Assembly: GCA_964016885.1 (NCBI GenBank)
Contig: OZ024740.1
Coordinates: 330,832,001-330,896,000, forward strand
Reading direction: 5' to 3'
DNA from: Eledone cirrhosa
Taxonomy: Eukaryota
Length of the DNA stretch: 64,000 nt
The notes below the pieces were generated by a model, which saw only the letters and a program-made list of their open reading frames with translations, did not search any database and was not told the DNA's origin. How positions within the stretch are numbered: position 1 is the first letter of the stretch; every line of letters begins with the position of its first letter. Both the position numbers and the translations under genes were made by a program. This document shows, one piece after another, positions 1 to 11,500 of this stretch.

Positions 1-1977
1 CTACCATCACCTCCACACAAACAACTTGTTGCCGGACGAACAGAAAGGATGCCGAAAGAAGTCACGTGGTACAAAGGACCAGTTGCTTATTGATAAGATG
101 GTAATGGGGAATTGCAGGAGGAGACACACTGATCTTGCCATGGGATGGATAGACTACAGAAAGGCATTTGACATGGTGCCTCATTCCTGGATCACCAAAA
201 GCCTGGAGATCTTCAGGGTGGCAGATAACATCAGACAGTTGCTGGGCAGGAGTATGGGGTCCTGGGAGACAGAGTTGACATCAACTGGAGTATCCTTGGG
301 AAGCGTGAAGATCAAGAGAGGTATCTTCCAGGGAGATAGCCTGTCCCCCCTGTTGTTTGTCCTTGCCCTGATGCCCTTGACCATTATGCTGCGAAAAGTG
401 AGAGCAGGATACAAGTTGGGAAGGGGAGAGCTTACCATCAATCACCTCCTCTTCATGGACGATCTTAAGCTCTTCGGGAAAAGTGAGAAGGAGTTGGATG
501 TGCTTGTTGACACTGTCCGTATTTTCAGCAGTGATATATGTATGCAGATTGGTATTGGTAAATGTGGAGTCATTGTGATGAGGAGGGGTAGGTTGAGCAG
601 AAGTAACGGGATCCAGATACCAACAGGTGAGATGATAAAGGAAATTGACTCTGAGGAAGGATACAAGTATTTGGGCGTTCTGGAGGCTGATGGCATAAAG
701 AACAAAAAAATGAAGGAATTGTTAAGAACTGAATACATTCGGAGAGTAAGGAGCGTATTGAAGTCACATCTGAACAGCAGAAATGCCATAAGCGCAGTAA
801 ATTCCCGAGCTGTGTCTATTATTAGGTACAGTGCGGGAATTCTGAGATGGAATGTTGCTGAACCAAAAGAAATGGATAGGAAGACTAGGAAGCTATTGAC
901 TATCTACAACATGTTCCACAAGAGGAGTGATGTCGATAGACTCTACCTAAGGAGATCTGAGGGTGGAAGAGGTCTTATCAGCATAGAGGACTGTGTTCAG
1001 ATGGAGAAAAACAACCTATACAAATACGTGACCTATAGTAAGGAGCCAATGCTCAGAGCTGTACTGAAGGAGGGGACAGTAGGCCAGGGGATATCCAAGG
1101 AGGAAATAACATCAAGGAGAAAGAGCAGCCTTAAGGGAAAATCCCTTCATAGTACCTTCTTTGAGAAAACTGAATTTAGAGATCCACAGACATGGAACTG
1201 GTTGAGAAGAGGAGACCTCAAAAAGGCTACAGAAGGAATGCTAATGGCTGCGCAGGAGCAGGCCCTCAAAACGAAGTGGTTGAAGCACCATATCTACAAG
1301 GAGGAGGCTAGCCCACTGTGCAGGATCTGTGGAGAGAGAGAGGAGACTGTGGCTCACATTGTGTCCGAGTGTAAACACCTAGCCCAGACCCACTATAAGG
1401 GCTGGAGACACGATGTGATGGGCAGGGTGATCCACTGGCACTTGTGCAAAGTAAACAATCTACCACATTCTGAGAAATGGTATGAGCATAGGCCAGAGGC
1501 GGTGATGGAGAACAGTCAGGTGAAGGTGCTGTGGGATTTTAGGATACAGACGGACAAAAAACTGGAACACAATAGACCTGACCTGGTGGTTGTGGACAAA
1601 GAAAAAAGATCGTGCCTGATTGTGGATGTGGCCTGCCCGTTCGACACGAGAGTGCAAGAGAAGGAGAGGGAGAAAATTAACCGATACCAGGACCTAAAGT
1701 GGGAGGTGAAAAGGATTTGGAACTGCCATGAAGTCAAAGTGATCCCGATTGTCATAGGCGCACTGGGGACTATCTCCAAAGGTTTCCAGGGATGGTTAAA
1801 GAAAATCGGCCCCTTCACGCTTTTTGGAACGCTTCAAAAGGCATGCTTGCTTGGAACGGCAAGAACCCTCCGATACGTCCTGAATATCTGAGGCTGCAGG
1901 TAGTGGCTTGATATTCAATCCAACGGACTTTCCAGTTAACCAACATCAATGACTGAGATTCAAGGAATGGCGGTAAC
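1..1977 (+). mobile_element. R4/Dong-type non-LTR retrotransposon, family A copy 1 (5' end cut by window edge)
   Basis: RT + CCHC + restriction-like endonuclease ORF, short 3' UTR (1892-1977), then (AAT)n; closely similar to 15685-17650. Confidence 0.9.
26..1891 (+). CDS. C-terminal part of RT-RLE polyprotein, uninterrupted within the window
   Basis: [22 protein letters not shown] (RT); [18 protein letters not shown] zinc knuckle; RHD, PDLVVVD, DVACP, K..RY (RLE). Confidence 0.9.
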   Translation: MLPDEQKGCRKKSRGTKDQLLIDKMVMGNCRRRHTDLAMGWIDYRKAFDMVPHSWITKSLEIFRVADNIRQLLGRSMGSWETELTSTGVSLGSVKIKRGIFQGDSLSPLLFVLALMPLTIMLRKVRAGYKLGRGELTINHLLFMDDLKLFGKSEKELDVLVDTVRIFSSDICMQIGIGKCGVIVMRRGRLSRSNGIQIPTGEMIKEIDSEEGYKYLGVLEADGIKNKKMKELLRTEYIRRVRSVLKSHLNSRNAISAVNSRAVSIIRYSAGILRWNVAEPKEMDRKTRKLLTIYNMFHKRSDVDRLYLRRSEGGRGLISIEDCVQMEKNNLYKYVTYSKEPMLRAVLKEGTVGQGISKEEITSRRKSSLKGKSLHSTFFEKTEFRDPQTWNWLRRGDLKKATEGMLMAAQEQALKTKWLKHHIYKEEASPLCRICGEREETVAHIVSECKHLAQTHYKGWRHDVMGRVIHWHLCKVNNLPHSEKWYEHRPEAVMENSQVKVLWDFRIQTDKKLEHNRPDLVVVDKEKRSCLIVDVACPFDTRVQEKEREKINRYQDLKWEVKRIWNCHEVKVIPIVIGALGTISKGFQGWLKKIGPFTLFGTLQKACLLGTARTLRYVLNI

Positions 1978-2015
1978 AATAATAATAATAATAATAATAA
2001 TAATAATTATAATAA
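1978..2015. repeat. (AAT)n tract between Dong-A1 and Tx1 copy 1
   Basis: Direct reading. Confidence 0.95.
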
Positions 2016-2056
2016 TGATTTCTTTATTAACCACAAGGGTTTACATAAAGTAGACA

Positions 2057-5000
2057 TTAAGGCGGGGCAATCCTCACGATGGACTCAGATGATAGCTGGA
2101 TCCGTCCTAAACGCGACAGCAGGTGTTCGACATAAACCCACAAGTCAGCAATTTTCGGACACTGGACGAGTGCGTACAGGACGGTTTCGTCGCCCTGCGC
2201 GCATCTCGGACATGCCAGGCTGACGGCACCTCCATGCCTGTAGAGTTTATCCCGAACTGCCAAGGCTCCTCGGTAGCACTGCCAGGCCAGAGATTTCTGG
2301 AAGTTGTCCATAGGCCCTGGCCCGAAAGTTCTTCCGAAGAGATTGGCTAGTTGATTTTCGTCGACGCCTAGAGTTTCCCCAAGTACGTCGTCGCGCTTCC
2401 CCTCCACTAATCCTCTATAGAACGCCGAGGTGGAGTTTCCACCGATCACATTGCCCGATTGGTCGAGGGCTGTGAGCGCCTGAAGACATTCCAGTCTCCA
2501 AGCGCTCCCTCTTGGTCTTCGCTTGACCCAGGACTGCAGCTCCGTCAATGAAACGAGCTGGGGAAATACGTGTCTAGCAAACGGCGACCACACCTGATCA
2601 CCGTCGAGGAAGAGGTGGAGATGTGGTAGCCTGAGCCCGTGCCTGCGCATCATCAGCCACGGCATGCCCAGCCCTCCACGTAGCGGGTGTTGACAACAGA
2701 TGGACCGCCTGACCATCGGAGCACGTCCCTTCCACAAAAAGCGAAAGAGCAAACGCTCCAGCGCAGTCAGGCGAGGCTTAGGACAAGGTACGACGGTCAG
2801 GCGGTAGCAGATGACAGACGCGATGTACGCGTTAGGCACCTCCGCTCGACCTTTCAGGGATAGCTTCCTCTCCGCCCATTTCTGGGTGAGAGAAGCCACC
2901 CTGCTCGTCACCTCGTCCCAGTTTTTGTCCGTCTGGAGGTCCGGACCGAACCAGACTCCTAGCAATTTAACCGGTCCGACGACGCTGTTGGACGGCATGG
3001 ACCTGCCTCTCCAGGTGCCGGGCTGCAGGCCCACTGACTTTTCCTGGTTGATCATTGCTCCTGTCACCGCTTCGTATTCTCTTAGTGTAGTGCCGATCGC
3101 CTCGATGTGTTTGGCGTTCGACACCACTACGGTGACATCGTCCGCATATGCTGACACGGATCTTCCGCATCCTAGTTCGCGCGGGACTCCCCTCAACGTC
3201 TCCAGTTTGTGCAGTAATGGCTCGAGAGTCAATACGTACAAGAGGGACGAGAGGGGACATCCTTGGCGGACCTAGCGCATGATGTTGAACGGTTCCGACA
3301 GGTGACCTTTCACTCTCACCACAGAGCAGATGTCGCTGTGCATGGCAGCGATCCAGCCTCTGAAGACGGGCCCAAAGCCAGCCGCCCTCAGGACTGCCGC
3401 TAGGTAACGATGGTCGACCCTATCGAAAGCTTTCGACTGATCTAAATTGATCAAGGACCCACCCGTGCCAGGTTCCTTAGCTACCTTCTCTATGATGTAT
3501 CGCATGAGGTGGAGGTTGTCGTGGATGGATCTGTCGGGAATGGCGCATGTCTGTGCCTCTCCCACCAGACCACCAACGACAAGCGCCAACCTCTTTGCTA
3601 GCACCTTGGCCAAAATCTTGAACTCTGTGTTTAGCAGAGTTATGGGCCGGAAATTATCTATGTTATCCCCCTTGTTCGGATCCTTTCTCAGCAGTGCCAC
3701 AGCTCCTCGGCTCACAGAACTGGGAATTCTCCCGTTCTGTTGCCAGTTGCAGCAGACGTCCGTCAAGAGGCCTCCGAACATGTCTGGCATCTGTACGTAA
3801 AGTTCATAAGGCAGACCATCCAAACCAGGCGATTTACCCCTTGTGCAGCCAGTCATTGCCTCTCTTACTTCAGCGGCTGTTATCGGCTTTTCGCAACACT
3901 TCGCCTCAGTGGCCGAGAGCCGCGGCAGTCCGTCGAGGTAGACACTAAAGTCCATCCCTCTACCCGGCCCACCGCTGCCCCCGAACAGCTGAGCGAAGTG
4001 TCGCTGAAAAGCTTCACACATTTGCCCGGGATCGAGTAGCATGCGCCCGTCGTGGTCCACCAAAGACCGGATCGTGGCTTTGTTGCCACGACGCGCCTCC
4101 GCCACTCGGGCCCATTGAACGGCTTTCGTCCCCTCGTGTCTGAGAGCACGCACCCTTGCTCTGACAACGCAGCCTTCGTGCTTTGCATTGAAGAATTGGT
4201 CAAGGGCCAATTTCGCCGCAAGCACGTCGGACGCAATGCCTTTGCTAAGCGCCTCGTCTAATTTTCTAACTAGTTCTCCCTCTGCTCTATTTTTCTCTAT
4301 TGCTAAAGCCTTACTAAACCTAATCGATTCTATTCTAATCGCTCTTTTCAGAGCAAACGACCACTTGTTGTTGACGATGGCCCCCGTCAACGCCCGCTTA
4401 ACTAGTTCGCTAATCCGGTCTCTGTAGGCCTTGCGCGCTGGTAAGGACGCGTTTAGCTTCCAGTAGCCGGGTCCTCGTCTATGAAGCCTATCTAAGTCAA
4501 GCACACAGATCACGAATTTGTGGTCCGTGTAGCTGACTATCTTGAATTGTGGACAGCCTATGCTAGACCTATCTATTTCCCTACAAAATACTCTATCTAG
4601 ATATGATCTGGATGACCCTATACAATTTGTCCAAGTCCACATTGGCACATTCGGGAAATCCATTCGGTACCTGTCAGACAGTTTAAAACGCCTGAGCAGG
4701 TTGGTGAGGCTCTTGCACCCTCCACCCCTATCCGCTAATCCCACAGTGTCCCAGCGTGCATCTAAGATCCCGTTCCAGTCGCCCACTAACACTAAAGAGC
4801 GGGACGTTCCAAGAAAGGTCTCCAGACGCCGGAAGAAATCAGGCCGCCCTGCTCCTGTCGGGGCATAGACGGCCACTAGCCTGAAAGCTTACCCGTCTCC
4901 GCTGGTCACGTCCAGCACCACCAGCTTACCCTCTGGGTCCAGGAAGATGGCCCGTATGGCGAGATCCAAACCTCTCCGAAAAAGCACAGCAACTCCTCCA

Positions 5001-5200
5001 CCCGATCCAGGACGGCTGGGAGATGCGTACACATCGTAGCCGCCGAAGATCGGTGCGAAGGCCCGTGCTTCGGAGATTCTGGTCTCGCTGATGGCCACTA
5101 CATCTATGTTTAGTGACCTGAGGTCGTTGAGCAGGTGACCCTGCTTCCATGACGACCCCAATCCACGCGCATTTATGCTGCCTATTCTGAGTGAGGTCAT
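2057..5200 (-). pseudogene. Tx1-like ORF2 (APE endonuclease, RT, C-terminal Zn knuckle), disrupted
   Basis: Fragments 4889-5200 (SINARG, ISET), 3272-4876 (GDWN, YLDR, TDH, DQSKAFD) and 2057-3241 (YADD, CPRC); frameshift near 4885, stop at 3272, C-terminus missing. Confidence 0.9.
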
Positions 5201-5235
5201 GTTTAAAATAGAGTGGAAAAGATGGGAAAGAGCAC

Positions 5236-7374
5236 TTACCGTACTTTTGGCAGAGGAGGGATGGTTTTTACATCCCTTTTCACTTGATCGCCTGGTGAAG
5301 GGACCGTTGAATCGTCCCTTCGGCTGGTCGTCGGCTCTTCTAAGAGAATGTCTGAATATACTCTTCGATTGATGGTTCCTCCTAGGTCCCTGAAATCACC
5401 AACTGCGTTGGGGAATTTCGTTTTAGTGTTTGTGTATTGTTTCTGTGCTATTTTTAGCAGTCTTATGTTAGTTGGCGTTTTGATTGGTGCTGGTATTATG
5501 TAGTCCTGTTGTGAAATGTCTGTGTGTTCAATTATGTAAGTCATTAGTTTCTTGTTGTGTGTATTTATTGACGTGCATTTGTTTTTCTGGGGGTGGGGTG
5601 TGGTTCTGCTATTTTCTTGTCGTTGTTGCTGGGTGTGTGTGTTTTGTTGTTGTGTTTGCGATGTTGGTGCTTGTGGTGGTGGTGTTGAAGGTGTTGTTGG
5701 CGGTGGGGTTGTCGCCGGTGGTGATGGTGGTGCTAGTGTGGGTGGTGATGGTGTTGGTGGTGTTGCTGCTGTGGGTCTCTTTGCAGTAGACTTTACCCTT
5801 TTCTCATTTCTTTCCTCCCTTTTCAAAGGCGACGATGCGCTGCTTCTGCGTTTGTGCCTTCTTACGACATTTTGCCATCCCTCTCCCACCTCACACTCCA
5901 TGTCTGATTCTGTGAGGTCGGGGAGGGGTACCAGCTCCACTCTTTCACTTGTTGTTGTTGGTGATGTTTGCACTGGAGTCTCTGTTGCAGCTGCATTTGG
6001 TATTGCTGTTGTTGTTGTTAATATTTCCACTGCTGCTGCTGTTTTTGATTTCCGTGGCGTGGGTATGGGTGCCACGGACCTATCGTTCCTGGTTGCCGCT
6101 TGTCCTGTTGCTGGTAGCCGTGGAGCCGGATTCGGAAGGAGGGGGGTTTTCTCCTTTCTCAGGGTCTTCTCGTTGCAGAAGGCCCTGAGGTGAGTCTTCG
6201 ATCCACAGCGAAAGCATTTCGGGCGTTTGCCCTCAACACTTATGGGAAGTTGAGTGCCGTTATCGAAGTCTATCACATCCGGGATAGCTTCGATGCACTC
6301 CTGGTTGGTTTGGATTAGCATCTCAATGGAGGTGCCGACCCAATCTTCTCTTACTTTTTTCTGTACTTGCAGTACAGTTGTTTTGTCCTCGATTCCGACG
6401 AGGACAGACGCGGCCAGCCAAGAAGGGGCCATTCCGGGGGGGACGTGGGTCAGTTTGACCCTCACAATTTTTTGCCCGCAGTAGGAGGGCACCAACACCA
6501 TTTCCTTGCTCCTTAGGGTCACTACGGATTGGGCCTTTGCCTCCTGGGGTGTGGCAAAAAGTACGTCTACGGTGGCATTTATTTTGCCTCGGGTGATGTG
6601 CGTTTTCCGCTGCCACACAGACCCCAAGGCTTTTTGTATTTGGGCCTCTGTGGCTCTTTCCACCCTACGGGATTTTGTGCTTACTGTACGGTACGTGACC
6701 GTACAGTGCTGTTGGGTTTCGAAAAAATTTTCCGCTGCCTTGCAGATTGCTCGGTGTCCATTCTTTGTCACCATCTTCTTCGCTTCCTCTATCTCCTCAT
6801 CTGTTATGAGGATTGTTTCCAAGTTTTTCGCAATACCTGCAAATGAGATTGGTTTTTCTTTGCTGCTGTTGTTGTTGTTGTCGTCAGAGCTACTGTTACT
6901 TTTGTTGTTGCTGCAGGTACTACGACTACTGCCTTCGCCGCTGTTGCTGTGGTTGTTGTTGGTGTTGCTGCTGCTAATGCTGTTGTTGTTTATGCTGCTG
7001 GTGATGCTGTTGCGGCTGCTACTGTTGTTTTCATTGTCACTGTTGCTGTTGTTATTACGGCTGCTACTGCAATTATTCCTGACGTCAGACGAATGAACTG
7101 GGTTTTCGTATTTCCCGCACACCTGTTTCGTCGCTGTCGTCGTCGTCGTGGAGAAACCTTGCATGCTTTGAACGAGACTTTTCTTTTCTTTCGTCACTTG
7201 CGAAAGAGAAAGGAGGGAGAGAGACACATATAAAGAAGGGAGGGAGAGAGACAATCTTCTCTCTGCTGTAGTGACGATTGAGGAAGAAGAAGACGGAATG
7301 AGTGGGAGTGACCTATGCAAATTCTTTTTCGTAGCCATGTTGTTTTTTTTGTTTAAAATAAATATTGGGTACAA
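5236..7374 (-). CDS. Tx1-like ORF1 (nucleic-acid-binding), open 712 aa
   Basis: CFRCGSKTHLRAFC knuckle, Asn/Ser-rich N-terminal tract, Pro/Thr-rich C-terminal region; directly upstream of ORF2; homologous fragments at 21346-22685. Confidence 0.85.
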   Translation of the reverse strand: MYPIFILNKKNNMATKKNLHRSLPLIPSSSSSIVTTAERRLSLSLPSLYVSLSLLSLSQVTKEKKSLVQSMQGFSTTTTTATKQVCGKYENPVHSSDVRNNCSSSRNNNSNSDNENNSSSRNSITSSINNNSISSSNTNNNHSNSGEGSSRSTCSNNKSNSSSDDNNNNSSKEKPISFAGIAKNLETILITDEEIEEAKKMVTKNGHRAICKAAENFFETQQHCTVTYRTVSTKSRRVERATEAQIQKALGSVWQRKTHITRGKINATVDVLFATPQEAKAQSVVTLRSKEMVLVPSYCGQKIVRVKLTHVPPGMAPSWLAASVLVGIEDKTTVLQVQKKVREDWVGTSIEMLIQTNQECIEAIPDVIDFDNGTQLPISVEGKRPKCFRCGSKTHLRAFCNEKTLRKEKTPLLPNPAPRLPATGQAATRNDRSVAPIPTPRKSKTAAAVEILTTTTAIPNAAATETPVQTSPTTTSERVELVPLPDLTESDMECEVGEGWQNVVRRHKRRSSASSPLKREERNEKRVKSTAKRPTAATPPTPSPPTLAPPSPPATTPPPTTPSTPPPQAPTSQTQQQNTHTQQQRQENSRTTPHPQKNKCTSINTHNKKLMTYIIEHTDISQQDYIIPAPIKTPTNIRLLKIAQKQYTNTKTKFPNAVGDFRDLGGTINRRVYSDILLEEPTTSRRDDSTVPSPGDQVKRDVKTIPPLPKVR

Positions 7375-7553
7375 ACCCCCAATAAGCAGTTATTTAACCC
7401 CGAAGGGCCAAATAACGGGCAGAAAGACCCCTCTCACGAGGAGGAGGGTGTTTTTGTCTACAAATTGGTCTAGTTTTAAACAATTTACAATTGTTAAAGC
7501 GTTCAACATTTACAGTACCTTACAGAGCCGAGCCTCCGTCAACCATAGCATTC

Positions 7554-7608
<55 letters not shown>
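7554..7608. repeat. (AAT)n microsatellite
   Basis: Direct reading. Confidence 0.95.
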
Positions 7609-7609
<1 letters not shown>

Positions 7610-8305
7610 GGGAAGAAGACGCACGGAATAAGGGAAGAAGACGCACGAGGTGGTAGAACGTCACGAAATTGCTCCCGTAAGTTTTTGATTTTTAACATAT
7701 TTAAATCAATTGTGAAAGAACAATTTTTAGCACAAATGTTGCATAAATGCACCGAATGAGGTCCCATAAACTTTCGGATCCATATTATATTGTTGTATCG
7801 CTCAAATATTCAATTTTGTATTATATATTTTGTATTCAAAAAAAGAAAATGGTTATAAATGGAAGAAAACGCCCTCTGTCTATACTATATAGAACAGCCA
7901 AATAGCAGCAATTTCACCAATACCAGAAACTTGAAACACTACCTATCCCATCACACTAAATATAACAGCCAGATAACGGCAATTTCACCAGCATCATAAT
8001 AATAATTACTATTATTATTGTCTCAAATTTTAAAAAATGTTTAATTCAAATTTTACGGGAATATGTCAACACAAAATATAATAAAAATATATATTAAACA
8101 TACGAACAGAAACTCATAGATACTATATCAGTAACCACAACACCACCGCTGCCACCACCCCACCGCATCCATCATCGCCGCCACCACTCATTCAATGCTA
8201 CCGACACTATTCCCCTGTTAACTTGAGAGAGAAAGGGGAAGGTGGCGGTATCACTAGACAAGAGCGAGGCTAGCAAAAGATATAAATAGATTGACTTGGT
8301 GACCT
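7604..8305. repeat. Non-coding module M, copy 1
   Basis: Homologous to 12561-13383: starts agggaagaagac and ends at TATAAATAGAttgacttggtgacc. Confidence 0.8.
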
Positions 8306-8450
8306 TGCCGCCGGCCAAACGTCTACATCAACAATTATGGGACTGCTGGCTCACCCCTTCCTCACCAACAATATAAAAAGCCCCGGCACCACCACCGACA
8401 TAGCCAACAATAATAACAGCCAACTACAACAAAAAGTATATTATATTATT

Positions 8451-8505
8451 GTAATGCACTGGGTGATTGCTGGCCTTGTGTCTGGAGTGGAGAAAGTTAT
8501 TAATA
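8451..8505 (+). mobile_element. SINE 3' fragment
   Basis: gtaatgcactgggtgattgctggccttgtg matches the SINE tail seen elsewhere in the window. Confidence 0.55.
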
Positions 8506-8579
8506 ATTTCATTCTTAAGCCACGCAATGCTCACATTAAGGAACCACTCATGATAATAATTTTAAAAAAAACAACAAAA

Positions 8580-11500
8580 AGAAAACCCCGTGACCAAGAA
8601 ATACCGGGATGGCGGCCGGCGGGGAATAGCCATGTCTCTAGGGGAGAACGACCCCTCTAGTCTTTGTTGACACTCGTTCTAGAAGTGGTAACACGAAATG
8701 ATTACTCCTTGGCGGATAAGGATAAAACGCGACAAAATAAAGTAAATGTCTAATGATAAAATCTCATACCGGATCGGCCGTCACCCGGGTAAAAAAGGGC
8801 CGCGTCCCTCAGAGAGGAACCAGACTGGGATCGAAAAATCAGCTAATGGTTCAAACCTTCCCATCACTTCGGAGCTGGAGACCTTCCATAACCGGAATAC
8901 TCCTATTGTTGGCCCTCCATGCTCACCACCAAGAAATCCAAAGAAAAAGAGAGAAAAATGGTCAAGGGAAGATAATAAAGAAGTCCTTGAGGCTTTCTAG
9001 ACTGCCATGTACTACCCATCAAATACATCGAATACAGAACAAACATATATCAACTGCAAAAAGAAACATCCCGAAAGCAGAGGCTATATTGACAGTAACA
9101 AACTAGCCAATATACGAAGAAATATTGTAAGAAAAAAGTTACTAACTGATATAGAAATTGATCAGATCAAGCGAGTAGCACAAAGTCAGCGTAGGGAAAA
9201 TGAAACATGTGTCAGTGAAAACGAGGTAAATTGTAACACTTCGAATCCCAGGGTTGGGGCGGAATCACTGGCAACAGAACAAATTAAAGAAAGGATCGAA
9301 AAAGTGGAGGGAGTGCATGCTCAAGATGAAACTCCAAATGAAAATAATGAGATCGTAAATGATAGAGAAATGAATGCGAATGAACTTGCTAACTTGAAGG
9401 ATGAAATTATGATCGAATGGATGAAAATGAAAGAATCTGACATGGGGCAACGAGACACCCTCCCTAAAGATAATACACAAGACTAACATAATTCTCAAAA
9501 ACATTATCATCACAAACAAACTAAACATTACTTACTTAAATCATCTCTATTATGCATCGGCTAAAGTCACCACTCACTTATGTGGAGTGAAGATGAAAAA
9601 ACAAAGGAATTCCCACAAGAAATCTACTTGGCAAGATAACATCAATCGCCAAATAAACCTTCTTCGATCTGACATAGAAATTTTAACAAACTATAAAGTA
9701 GGTGAACATGTTAAACAAACTAAACTTAGAAAATTGAAAAAAAAGTACAGTATAAAATCAACAAGTGGCATAGACATGCTGATAGAAATAATCAAGCAAA
9801 AAGTGTCGGCCAAAACTGCTCGTATAAGGCGCTTTGAAAAACGATCTAGATTCTATAAGGACAATAATATGTTCAAAAACCAACCAAAGAAACTTCTACA
9901 GAAAAATTGGTAAGTCAACAATAACTGCTAAATTAATACCACCCAAGGAGGAAGTGCAAAAATTCTGGGATAAGATCTGGGGCGAAGAAAAAGTTCATAA
10001 CATACATGCCCCATGGAAAGACAGACAAATGAAAGATACAGCTCACCTTGAGGAACAAATATGAGAAAATATAACAGTTGAACAGTTGCGCTTGGCTCTA
10101 AGAAAAACCAGCAAATGGAAATCCCCAGGAAAAGACAAAATACAAAACTTTTGGATAAATGCCTTCACAGAGTCTCATGAGCTGTTAGCCCAACTTTACA
10201 ATGAAATAGTTAAGGGGCCAGAAAAGATACCATCATGGCTAGTTAACGGCATTACATTCCTGCTACCGAAGAATGATGAGACAAACAATCCCAAAAATTA
10301 CAGACCGATAACTTGCTTGACCACAATGTATAACATTTTAACATCAGTCCTAACTGAATACACATATGACCACCTGATAACAAATGACCTATTTCCCATT
10401 GAGCAGAAAGGGTGTAAACGAGGCTCATATGGCTGTAAGGATCAGCTTCTGGTTAACAAAATGATACTGGAAGATTGTCATAATAGACACAAAACTCTAT
10501 CGATTGCTTGGATAGATTATAAAAAAGCATTCGATGGTTTGCCACACAGTTGGATTGAAAAATGTTTAGAGATTTTCAAAATATTCCCCGTTGTCAGGAG
10601 GTTTTTGTCATTCAGTATGTAGACATGTAAAACGACACTCCTTTTGAATAGTGAAACAAAATCACTGGAAGCTGGAGAAGTTAATATTAAATGTGGAATT
10701 TTTCAGGGTGACTCTTTATCACCGCTTTTATTCTGCATCGCACTTATACCATTAAGTAAAATGCTCAATGAAACAAAACATGGATATAAAGTCTATGACA
10801 AAACCATTAATCACCTGTTCTACATGGATGACCTGAAACTATTTGCAAAAGATGATGAACAATTGCAAGGGCTATTATCCACTGTGGAGCAGTTCAGTGA
10901 TGACATTAAAATGGATTTTCGACAAGATAAATGCGCCAAAGCAACGTTCACCAGAGGAAAGCTGCTGAAGAGTTCAGACATTAATCTTGATCAGGGGAAC
11001 GTGATAAGAGAACTTGATCAAGAAAAATTTACAAATATCTAGGTGTTTGTGAAGGAGACGGAATAAAGCACTCGACAATGAAAGAAAGGATAAGGAAGGA
11101 ATGTTACCGCAGAGTAAGAGCAATCTTAAGAACGGAATTGAACGCAAGGAATAGGATCGATGCCATAAACACGCTTGCCATACCAATAGTAACCTACAGT
11201 TACAATGTCATCAACTGGTCAAGCCCAGAGATCCGTAGGCTCGATACAAAAATTCGAAAATTCTTAACCATGCACAGAATGCATCACCCTAAGGCAGATA
11301 TAGATAGAATATATCTCCCTAGGAAAGAAGGAGGACGTGGGTTAATCCAGTTAGACATTGCGTAGAAAACTGCAACAATTGGATTATCTACATATCTAAG
11401 GGAATCACATGATTGGATGATCAAACTCGTTTTGAAACGCGGAAGCATCAACAGATCATATTCCATTAAACAATATGCACAAAGATACAGTAATGGACTA

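Larger units (their letters stand above)
2016..7553 (-). mobile_element. Tx1/L1-clade non-LTR retrotransposon copy 1, apparently 5'-complete, with a deletion near the 3' end
   Basis: ORF1 (CCHC) + ORF2 (APE-RT-Zn); AATAAA then ATC/ATT tail at the 3' end; (AAT)n on both sides. Confidence 0.9.
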
